A DNA stretch of 64,000 nt from Phoronis australis. Its lineage: Eukaryota; Animalia; Phoronida. Position numbers and translations under genes: made by a program. Of the stretch, positions 24,101 through 36,100 are shown in pieces. Where the stretch lies: the NCBI GenBank assembly GCA_002633005.1, contig NMRA01000183.1, positions 76,426-140,425 of the forward strand, in the 5' to 3' direction. How positions within the stretch are numbered: the stretch's first letter is position 1; each line of letters begins with the position of its first letter. Below the pieces are notes generated by a model that searched no databases, was not told the origin of the DNA, and saw only the letters and a program-made list of their open reading frames with translations.

Positions 24101-27100
24101 NNNNNNNNNNNNNNNNNNNNNNNNNNNNNNNNNNNNNNNNNNNNNNNNNNNNNNNNNNNNNNNNNNNNNNNNNNNNNNNNNNNNNNNNNNNNNNNNNNNN
24201 NNNNNNNNNNNNNNNNNNNNNNNNNNNNNNNNNNNNNNNNNNNNNNNNNNNNNNNNNNNNNNNNNNNNNNNNNNNNNNNNNNNNNNNNNNNNNNNNNNNN
24301 NNNNNNNNNNNNNNNNNNNNNNNNNNNNNNNNNNNNNNNNNNNNNNNNNNNNNNNNNNNNNNNNNNNNNNNNNNNNNNNNNNNNNNNNNNNNNNNNNNNN
24401 NNNNNNNNNNNNNNNNNNNNNNNNNNNNNNNNNNNNNNNNNNNNNNNNNNNNNNNNNNNNNNNNNNNNNNNNNNNNNNNNNNNNNNNNNNNNNNNNNNNN
24501 NNNNNNNNNNNNNNNNNNNNNNNNNNNNNNNNNNNNNNNNNNNNNNNNNNNNNNNNNNNNNNNNNNNNNNNNNNNNNNNNNNNNNNNNNNNNNNNNNNNN
24601 NNNNNNNNNNNNNNNNNNNNNNNNNNNNNNNNNNNNNNNNNNNNNNNNNNNNNNNNNNNNNNNNNNNNNNNNNNNNNNNNNNNNNNNNNNNNNNNNNNNN
24701 NNNNNNNNNNNNNNNNNNNNNNNNNNNNNNNNNNNNNNNNNNNNNNNNNNNNNNNNNNNNNNNNNNNNNNNNNNNNNNNNNNNNCGCTTGCCTCCTAAAA
24801 CGTCACTTCCGGAGTAGCGGACGAGTAATTAATAAAATTACGAAAAGCTGTAATTAAGTGGAAAATATGTCTAGGATAACCAACCCACCTTATTTTAGCT
24901 CAAAATGACATGGAAAAAGGTTGCCTTCGCCTTTAACAGTTTCCCCGTCACTATGACCGTCTATTTCGAGTACAAATTCCAGTTCGTTTTCACTATCTGA
25001 GTCCATGAACACTTCCTCAAGAAACTGGTCAACAGTCACCTTATCACGTTTGGCACCAGCCAAGATAAAACTTGCGTAAACTTTCAAATATCTCTGAAAC
25101 AAATAATCACAGCCATATGTTGTAAATCAGAAAAATGTACAGGAAACTATGAACTGTGGAATGTGCATGCTCACATATATAAACAGCATACGGGGCTTTC
25201 ACAGTTTCTGAATGAAAAAACACCAGTGTCCTGGGGTGAATACACTCTCCTTGCGCAGCCTAGCCATAGCTAATTAGAGGCGATTGAGTACACCCGATGC
25301 ATTTTAATAGGATAATACGCTTGTCGGCTGACCTCGCCTAGCGCAGGATAAGGGTTAAAATTGAAAATTGAAAATTTTGGGGGTGGGCGGTAAGTCAAGC
25401 ATGGGCGGTAACCCGGACTTGTTCGGTATACAGTAACTGTCACTTCATTAAACAGAGTCTCAAGGATGGATATGGCAAGAAATGATTCCATAGCCGCATC
25501 TCTAAATTCTTGCTGCTTTCCTCTAAACTGCAATCCCAGTCCAGCTGAAACTCAACCTGTGATACATATCCGGTTTCCCTGAATTGCACACGCATGCCCA
25601 AAATGCTTCGTACACTGTAACCAAAGTCGAGTGTAGAGGACCAGATTCTTACAGACTTTGTTGTTTTATACCTATATACGAAACAATAAGGCCCATTCAC
25701 GTTTGCAAATTTTGCTTATGGTGAGTATTTTGTTTCACTTGTGAACAAAAACACAGGCATGCACAGAAGTTAGTCATCACTGCCTTCTTTTTTTACAATT
25801 CGAAAGATTATTTTAAATTTTGAAAAAAGAGTGACCTGTTTGTCATAAGACAATATATCGAATACAACTGTCCTTTGTTTAGCGTAGATGTTCAAATAGC
25901 ATTGTCGTTTAGTTCTTGCTATACATTAGCAGGGATTTACCTTACCAACTTTAAACTTTTGCCCTTTGGACACCTCATGATAAAAGTGTGCTTTTTTCAA
26001 AAAGTTGTGCCCGGCAGATTTAGTGTAATTAAGTGGTAACATATGAAACAGAAACCCCATGTTCATGTAAAAGTTGCATTTTTACTTATAGTTCCCTACA
26101 GAAGGGCAATCTGATTGTTCAGCTGTGGCGTAATAAGAACACAGTCATGTTATGTAAAATCTGACCTGCCAAATGGAAAAGCATGCAATCTGACAAAGAC
26201 TTTAATTTTGATCAAAAACGACTCTGTTCTTCCTAAAATCTTGCATTGTTGGAAGAGTGTTACATTTTAAAAGATGTGCCCGGGGAACACACTGCTGCAA
26301 TGTACTTGCATCTTTTTATATTTACGCGTTATTGGTGCAAACCGTGCTCTAGGAATATCCCTGCATCGGCATAGCTAGGAGCATGCAAACACATCTTTAA
26401 TCATTATGTATTTCAGGCTCTTGAGGTCAAGAAAAATATTCGAAAATTCTTTGGATTTACTTTTGAGAAAGATTCACCAGAGTATGAGAAGAAGAGAGCA
26501 CAAGTTGCAAAGTGAGTTTACGTCTGCTTCGGAGATTTTTGTATTTAAAGGGACATTATCAGTCTTACGGCTGAAAAACGGGGATTATTATTGGATGGAA
26601 TTGATTTCTTGAAGTTATTAGCTTGATGAGAGCTACGAGACAACAAAAATTTGTGTTTTCATGATTTTATTCAGATTGCCAATTCTCACAGTTGTCTGTC
26701 AGCAGGGCCTCATCTAGCGGCCTTCCTTGGGACGGCCCTTTTAAAAAAATGACGGCTTTTGATGGCATGGCCAAGACGGAAAAAAGACGGCCTGTTCCAA
26801 GACAGCCTCAGCGAAAATGAAGGCTAAACGAAGAATTTTAACATTTATTATTCATAGATTTTATTGAAACCTACAATTCATTGTTTAAGTTTGTTAAATA
26901 TTAAGAAACAACTCGACATTACAAACTTTAGCATCTATTTTTACTATAAATGTCCTAATGACGATCGGCAAATACTGGCAGCCATCTTTGGGGAATACCT
27001 TCCTGTTCTGTGACGTCAAGGTGACTTCATACGGAATCCCCCGCACAACTAGTGTCGAGAAATATTGCATCCAGCACTAACTACCCGTACATGGACACTT

Positions 27101-30100
27101 AATCTTTGAAATTGAAGAACCCACACACCCGAAGTTCAAAGGATTTGCCGTACCCTTAATGCTACTTGCCGACGCGGAAGTTGAAGCGGCACTCGATGTA
27201 TTCCACGGAGCAGCCAATTTAAAATAGCTGCAGAACTTACACTTCGAAAAAAATGATACCCGCCGAAATTCTAGCACTGACCTGCCGTTCAAATGCCATC
27301 AGTGTCGTTGAACATGCAAACCAGATAAAACTTAGCGCAAACTTCCTTAGTTTGTTTGCATAGTTCCGTTGCTACTCGAACGAATGAATGAAAAAATATC
27401 AAAAAATCCGCACGGCCGAACGACTTGTATTGATGCGTGAGAATGCAGTGCAAACTTTACGAGAAAAAATGTGTGTAATGTTGGTTACGTATTCAATTAC
27501 TAACTTGGCATGAAAGTAAATGCCTCGAAATAGTACAACTTTTTGTGGAATTCCATGATTATTGGGCGATTCGACTTTATCCTCTGTGTGTGGCACTACA
27601 TGCCATATATGGAAAAAGTAGGTCAGCCAGTCACGTGTACAGCACCTGTTACATCGGCCGCGAACCAGGCTGGGGAATTTGACTCTTAAACTGCGAGAAA
27701 AGAATGGTTCTTTTTAAAAATAAATTTCTTAGTGTACTATGAAGGAATGTGATTGACTTTCGACCTGGTAAGTTTCAATTCAACAAAGCGTCCTCGTATA
27801 ATGCACTGTAGAAGACGTTAACAACTACGATGTCCCCAGCGACCACTGGCGACGCTTGTAGCCAAACGACGTGAAATTCACGAGTAAAGCGCTCAGAAAA
27901 ACGTTAAGAATCATAAAGATATGAATGCCAAATTCAAACGCGGAGTTTCGACGTTTTTTTTTGTCAAAATCCTTTTCTAAGCCAAGTCTTGGTATACACG
28001 TGCGAGTGCACATACGCCGTCACTCCTATTTTCCAGCAGAGATTTTCGCCCGTGTTGAGCACTGGTGGTACTGGGTTGTGAATTTGTTGAGGATGTGGTC
28101 TTCTTTTTGTAGACTCGTGAATTGCAGTACTGTGCGATGTAATGAAACATAGACATGTCCTCTAGGAACATATTTCTTCATGTCCTTTCGAATGCAACTT
28201 CATTGTCTTCTCATAATTTTAAATGGTTTCTCAACTGCATTAAAGTAGTACACTTCTCTTTTGAGAGCTTCAAGAGACATTGAGTCCTGTACTCATGCCG
28301 CGGATTATCTGTCTAACATGCAACTCTACTCAGATTGTACTAAAAAGATTTACAGATCTTGATTTTTGCAGTCTAGTGACAATACACACATCCTGAATGG
28401 AACAAACCTCCTAATTTTTGTTTAATTTCCCTCTGTGCCGTCCTTTGAACAAGAAAAAACATGCAAATAAGATGCGCTTTGCACGACTCGTCAGTCCCAC
28501 GAATTTGGACCCCCAATTTTCAAATCCTAGATGAGTCCCTGTCTGTCAGTCATTCGTGCAAATCAAGGCCGGTGTCTTTACCATTTAAATACTCTTAAAA
28601 ATGCTACTTAATGCTTGGAATTTTCCTCTTTAAGAGGATTTCCTCTATTTGGCTTCAGTTTCCTCTTGTTTGATTTCCAGTTAACTCTTTTTGCATTTTT
28701 TTTATCATTATTTTGACATTATGCATGCAAAAATATCTATTTCAGTTAAACACAAAAATTATTCCTATCACCCAAGCCCTTGAATTTTTGGAATGATACA
28801 TCACCTGGAAAGTTTCCTTTTTTGGTCATTGGTCATTCCAAGCCTTGATAATGGATCGGAGTTTGCTCAACAGTGGAGTGCTGTACTGGGGAGCTATTGG
28901 GTTAGATTCTGTTGTACAGCTAATTTCTAATTGAAAATATCCTTTAATGAATGAGTGTCAAGACCATCATTTGACCCGTTTTCACTTTGCACTTAATGTC
29001 AATCTAAAAGTCATTCAACTGAGCATGTTGTGAGGCACTATAATCAAAACATTTGATGACCTGTTTTCACTTTGCACTTAATGTCAATCTAAAAGTCATT
29101 CAACTGAGCATGTTGTGAGGCACTATAATCAAAACATTTGATGACCGGTTTTCACTTTGCACTTAATGTCAATATAAAAGTCATTCAACTGAGCATGTTG
29201 TGAGGCACTATAATCAAAACATTTGATGACCCGTTTTCACTTTGCACTTAATGTCAATCTAAAAGTCATTCAACTGAGCATGTTGTGAGGCACTATAATC
29301 AAAACATTTGATGACCGGTTTTCACTTTGCACTTAATGTCAATATAAAAGTCATTCAACTGAGCATGTTGTGAGGCACTATAATCAAAACATTTGATGAC
29401 CCGTTTTCACTTTGCACTTAATGTCAATCTAAAAGTCATTCAACTGAGCATGTTGTGAGGCACTATAATCAAAACATTTGATGACCCGTTTTCACTTTGC
29501 ACTTAATGTCAATCTAAAAGTCATTCAACTGAGCATGTTGTGAGGCATTATAATCAAAACATTTGAATTAGCACGTCGTCTGATGCTGTCTGTGCTGTGT
29601 TTACGTACTCATTGACAACTGTATTTTGCTTCATCTTCATTTCATCTGCTCTGTGATTGACCACGTCCGTATGATGTTGAAACAGCGCTAATTAAACAGT
29701 GTCTCATCCCACTTGTTACAGGCTGTTCACTGCACCCTTAAAAGATGTGTGTACTATATTGGACATTCACCGGGGTGGAACCAAGGATGAAGTGATCAAC
29801 AGAATTATGGACTTCCTATTGAAACCTGAGGACAGTGGACGGGCACTACCCAAGTCCAAGAGGAGTAAGTTATCTTACCGTAATCGTTCGGGTTAACGCC
29901 CATGCTCAGTTAACCGCCCATCCCCGACTTTAAGTGGATTTTCGATTTAGCCGCCCACTGCTCGGTTAAGCGCCCCGCCTGCGATTTTTGAAGATTTCCA
30001 GTTAAGCGCCCACCTCTCGGTTAAGCGCCCATCCCCGATTTTTAAAGAATGAAGATTTAGCGCCTCGTGCTAAGGAAACGCGCAATTCCCCGACTTTTAG

Positions 30101-33100
30101 AAAAAGATCGATGATCGCAATGAGTGCAACGACGCCGTGACTCCGAGACGGTGGTTTAGCAATCTGAATTACAATACAGGTAACGAGTTATTGTCTTGGG
30201 TCATGAACTCACGTCAAAAATATAATACTTGAACCTTTTTGTCACTTTATTTTCTTCCCTTGTTTGCAAAGTTTAAGAACGCCGCCGGCGTCAAAACCTC
30301 CGCTTTCAGCGGCTTTGTCTGCCACGCTGAGTTTCCGTCTGCAGTGCACTAGATAAAGCATATATTCGAAAAAATCAGGCCAGAGAAATGTGACAATGGT
30401 TTTGCCAACCCTCCAAATTCTATTAAGGTGGGAAGCTCTCGTATTTTGAACAAATCTCACAACTCACGGAAAGATGTCAAATTCTCAATATTTTGATGAA
30501 TATAACTGCCGGGTTATAGAGGATGTGGGGCGACCGAAGGGACAGTACAAGTGCCTTACTGGGTTACCGATTTCGTTGCTGCCTGTCGATTTCTGAATTC
30601 AAACGTTGGCAATAATGTATGTTTGTGTATGATCTTGAAGTAATAAAAAACGGCTAGTCAAATTTTGTTTTTCGCTTATTGCATCTCAGTCAAACTGGTT
30701 AGCAGATTTAACTAATGTTACTGGCTGTTTTACTATTCTTGCGTCAGCCTGCACGTGAGCATGACTGTGTGAATTATTGTTTCCATATCCCCTTTTTAGC
30801 CATCCAGAATAATTTTGTTAATACATTGGCCATTTTCAGCCTGAACAAAAATTCTTACCATTCGAGTCTGAAATATCTACAACGAAAACTGCTTGACGAT
30901 AGTGGGTAGGAGATTCACACAGCTATTTACAGGCATGGGCTAAGGGAGCTTCGAGCCGGGAAATATGGCAACAGACTTGACATCGCAGTTTTGGGGAACA
31001 TTGGCAATGGATGAATATCGTAAAGAACTGGGTCTTTCGTAACAACAGCATAAGCACATAGTCACGCCCGTTTTTGTTAGTTCGGACTGTCCCTATGTGT
31101 GACTGATTTGTAGTGGTGCACGTGCGCAAGTTCCCAGACTTTGGAGTGCATGTTACCTTGACACCAACATGTGATTGATAGGTGACTCACACGTAGGCCC
31201 TGCGAGCGTGCTGAATACCACCACTATGTTTGGCCATAAAAAACGAGATGCATATTGAAAGAGGCCGTTATATTACTTGGCGGCATTTCCAAGTCACGAT
31301 TGTCAGCCAACTGAGACATTGCGCGATGACAGCGGGACCAATCAGTGCCGCAGTGCGATATTACAAGTGATATAATAGGATAATCTGGACATCTTGCATG
31401 AAAAATAAATGTTTTTCCACCACAATGTTTGGTAAGGTGATCGTTTAGAATAATGAATTGAAACATTGCTGTTTTCTGACATTTTGTAACATATTTATAC
31501 AGTCGCTTGAAATTTTATTTTTGATCGACGACTGGCTTGACCACCCCCGATCCTTGTCTTACTTCTTTGCATAGCATGTTTAGCGCAACGGCAAGAGAGC
31601 AATGGCGGGCTGTTGAGATAAGACAGCCAGCCACAGAACCATACGCTGAAAATGTCATTGAGTCACGGAGTGTCGGCTATAACATCCCAAACACAAAAAA
31701 ACAACAGAGTTAAGTTTTTCAAACTTTTATTACAACCAATTTTAAAACTGCTCTCTGAGTCGGAACTTGACAGCTACATATAGTACGAGACTGTAACCAT
31801 AAGTTTGATGTCTGACCTCTGCAACACGTGAAGCTTGCACGCGCGCACTTAAGCAGGGTCACATCTTGAAACAGTTTTAATTCTAGTGGAGGCTGCGTGG
31901 TCACTGGTCGTCTGCGCACCGCAGGACGGCACAGGGCTATTACTCAGCAATTTTGTAAATTTAATAGTGAATGACTAATCTGAGGGCAAGAGAACCTTTG
32001 TTGGGATCATCCGCTGTTATGATGTTTTCACAGTCATTTGGCGACGTGACGATAAAGCTCTTTGAAAAGGGCTACGCATTCCGAGTATGATTGTCGTGTC
32101 GGGATTTATATCGCCAGGTAAGATTAACCGCCCAGGGCGGTTGTCTGTCGTAATAAGTGCCCATGTTCGGTTAACCGCCCATCCCCTACTTTAGGTGGAT
32201 TTTCGATTTAACCGCCCACTGCTCGGTTAACCGCCCTCCCCCGATTTTTTGGATTCGCCAATTTAACCGCCCAGGGCGTTAACCCAAACGATTACGGTAT
32301 TATATGGACTCAATTCTATGTTCTGCGTGATGCATTGTTTTCTACAGATGCAAAATCACCATTTTATGTTAGGTTATAAATGCCTATTCTGGGGCTGCCA
32401 ACTGTTGCTACTGCCGTATGTAATCCTGTGAAAATGGTTTGATAAACATGTGTAGCAATGGACTCAATATTTCTTGTGTCAAACTTCAAAAAAACAGTAT
32501 GCATTGTTGCTGACTAAGTAACAATTCTGATCAATAACAAACCATTGTACATAACTTTGCAATTTTTTTCATCATTTGGTCGGGTTGCTGAGAGCCAATT
32601 TTCGAAGGTCATAACATCGTATTTAGACTGCGCAAACTCCTGCACGTCTTCAAACTTCATCTGAGCACCGTATCTTTTGTCCGGCTCCTCTGTTAAAACA
32701 AAATCAAATCTTGGCAAACTTTCTTCCCTGAATTTATTAGCCATTTTGACAGAGCATCCAACATATATTCCTGTATTTTTGTTGTAATTAGTGTTGACCT
32801 GATGACCTATGACGTCTTTTTTGGAAAATTGCTTGCTACATTGGCTTGCCTCATTGTGATCATACATGATAATCAGCCTGTAGTACTCATATACAGGGTG
32901 TGATCATACATGATAATCAGCCTGTAGTACTCATATACAGGGTGTGATCATACATGATAATCAGCCTGTAGTACTCATATACAGGGTGTGATCATACATA
33001 ATAATCAGCCGGTAGTACTCAGATACAGGGTGTGATCATACATGATAATCAGCCTGTAGTACTCATATACAGGGTGTGATCATACATGATAATCAGCTGG

Positions 33101-36100
33101 TAGTACTCATATACAGGGTGTGATCATACATGATAATCTGCGGGTAGTATCCATCTTGTCAGTCAGCTGTTTGTTGAATGACATTTAGCGCATGTACGCA
33201 TTTATCATAAGTGAGAGGGAGATAAGAAATTCTGTGGTGACTACAGAGTTTTTCCTTCGCATTTTTTTCTAAAATCATGAATTTTGGGATTTTTTTTCTG
33301 GAAATTCCCTCACAGGGGAAGTGAATAACCCTTGCGACATGGTAATTTCGTCAGGAATAGTTTAAAAGATGTTCTTGACGAGCTTTAGCGTTCCGTGCCT
33401 CTTTAAAATCTATTTTGTAAATGGTAGTCTAGATATGAGCAAAATTACATATTTGATTTCGATATTTTTTGTGTTAGAACCCAAAACAGAAAGCAAGAAG
33501 CGTAAGAGGAAATCAAAGAGCTCGTCGTCAGCCAATGTAAGCGCATCTCCTGATGGGAGTGATGGGGAAGATGAGGCAGAAGATGTTGATGGTGATGATG
33601 AAGATGAAGGGGGTATTGATAATGAACACGAGGCCAAGAGCAGTGATAGTGACGGTGAAGAAGCTGAAGTGGAGGAGGTGAGACGACCTTTGCTCTTTGC
33701 ACTATAACCTCAGGTTTGTGCCCAGTGTCAGTGAGCATGATGGGTAACATAATATGTGCTTATATTGAGATGGGTCAACACTTTTGTATATGTCGAATAA
33801 AATGTGTGGTTTTTCAAGGTATCTTGTTTTTGCGCCTAGTATCTAGCNAATAAACAACCCTAGAAGGATACCGTATGCGGTGCAATTGTGGGCGCATTTC
33901 AACGCTCCACGTTGCTCTTGTTATTATTTAGCCTCAACCAAAAAAGCAGAAAGTTGAAACTCCCAAACGAGGAAGGCCAAAGAAGGATCAGTCGGCGAAA
34001 AAGGCCAAGGTTGCGAAGAAAGAGAAAAAGGAGAAAAAATCTGTGCCTCCAAAGAAAAGAAAAGGTTAGTACCTTCAGTTATTTATTACTTATGAATTAG
34101 CAACTCGTAATCCCAAAAATTCTGAATGAACAGTCATGTCTCTGTTGCCTTAGCGGGGTCCCTAATGGTCTTGTGCTGTGTTGCCTTGCAGTGAGTGTGA
34201 GTGAAGATAGTGACTCAGATGATGAACCGTTAGTGAAGAAAAAGTCTCCTCCTACAGTGAGTAGCAACATTTGTTTAGTTGTGTCATCCAAGTAGAGAGA
34301 GCTAAGTATCAGATTTTTCTCTCTTATTTGCTTCATTTCGTTTTATTTCACTTGAGTATGGACAATTTATCTCTCGATTGAAAAAAAAAATTGACATATG
34401 TTTGGATTTTCATTCAAACTGTTTTTTATCAATAACTTATCCCTTTTGGGGAAAAAATTTGTTTTTTCCTCTGCTAATAAATGTACGTAACTGTTGTTTT
34501 GTTTACAAATTTGGCGAAATTAACTTCCGCTGGCCCTCTTCCTCAATGGAAACTGGAACGCTCAATACTCAGTTTTTAAGTTAGTGTATAAAGAATGCTC
34601 AATATTCAGTCTAAGTTTAACCTTTTGTTGAGTAGTCCTACATCTAAAGTATTCCTTTCGTTGTCTTGCACAAAAATAACAGCCAAAACAGTTATTCTAC
34701 AAGGATCAGTACAAATGATAAAAAAATTTACTGTTACTTTTTATAGTAGACTGCCGAAAATTGTCTGTGTTTTTGTTGATAAATTTGTCCGCCACATTGT
34801 GTTCTAAAGAATTAAGTTGTGTTGACCTTGACCTACCATCATTGTTGTTATTGTATAGGATGATGACTTGAGGGATGTGGTGAAGAAAATATTGGACGGC
34901 GCCAACCTCGAGGAGGTCACAATGAAGACTGTCCTTAAAAAGGTCTATGATAAATTCCCCGAGTACGACCTGGCAGACAGGAAAGACTTCATCAAAACAA
35001 CAGTGAAAGAGGTGAGCTGACTTAACCATTTAAGTATGCGGGTAATGTTATGGTAGGCTTAGTCACGCCCTCTTATGGTCATGCAGAAAACTAATGCTTG
35101 GGTGATCAACACACACAGAGTAAACCTGCTGTAACAGGTAGTATGAATGTAGTCCAGAGAATGTGTCAATGAACGAGCAGCACTCAGCAAGATCAGTGCT
35201 GTAACCAATCTCTCTGTTCATAGAATACTACACTGTATTGTCAGTGTGATTATCAACAGGTTGGTATGAGTGGTGCAATTAGATCTGTATCACAGTAATC
35301 CTCAACTAAAGCAGCTGCATAATTTTGGAATTCACGAGTGCCAGATATTTTTCTGAAATTCAGAACTTTTGTTGGGTTCAAAAGTCAAAGTTTAGTGGAA
35401 GCCAGTGGTAATTCAGAACAGTGTGTTGGTACATACCAGTCACACTAACGTATTTGCGATGATGGGAGATTTTTCATATAGTGAATCCCAGTTTGCTAAG
35501 TGCAGGATGGCCATTCCAGTTGAAAGACAGTGTGTGCTGCAACGCGATGTCGTAAGCTTCCTGAATCTTGTAATAACACCTGCGCCACTCTCTGATATTG
35601 TGTCACGGTTTAATATCACGTCAGGAAACTGATAGTATGTATTGGTTTGAGACTAAACTGTCTAGGAAATACACAAATAAGGTAACCTGATGGAAGCGAT
35701 CAGGAAGTCTAGTAGTTCAAGGAATTCTAATGTTGTTGTAAATTTAAATTAAGTAGGTTTCTCCTCACATGACACTATATGTGTGTTACTTAAAACATTT
35801 GTTCAATTATTGAATGGTCTGTTTATCATGAAGATTTTGTATAGTTTGTCATAAGGTGTAATGGTTACTATAGCAACTTGAATGGTGTGCAAACAAGCTG
35901 GTGAATGGTGTTCAAGATGCTTTGTCTGAAGTGCAGCAAAACAAATATCACACAGCTTCATAGGAAAACTTCAAAACGTTATATCAAATTCAAGTTGTCT
36001 TAAGTCCAAAATTCTAAGTCAAATAGATAACCTGCACATATACATGGTTGCAGCCATGACAAAGGCATGTAAGTAAACATCGGTGCTTTTAACAGCCAAA

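Larger units (their letters stand above)
22930..25354 (-). mobile_element. piggyBac element with decayed transposase fragments
   Basis: TTAA TSD, TIRs CCC(A/T)TATCCTGC. Minus-strand remnants: acidic N-terminus (FLEEVFMDSDSENELE, ~24950-25060) and Cys-rich C-terminus-like text (PCFKFLYTKVNF, ~23420-23470). Confidence 0.7.
22414..25426. mobile_element. Tc1/mariner-pogo-like element (TA TSD), host of nested elements
   Basis: TIRs CCGTACTCGTCCGGGTTACCGCCCA / CCGAACAAGTCCGGGTTACCGCCCA, TA on both sides, GGGCGGT subterminal repeats. Confidence 0.75.

Noticed and set aside
23857-24817. Two 312-313 aa ORFs
   Set aside because: Made entirely of N-gap codons.
28972-29566. CRISPR-like appearance of the 85-bp array (likewise the 44-bp array at 32856-33149)
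   Set aside because: Units are fully repeated with no unique spacers, there are no cas genes, and the context is a eukaryotic intron.
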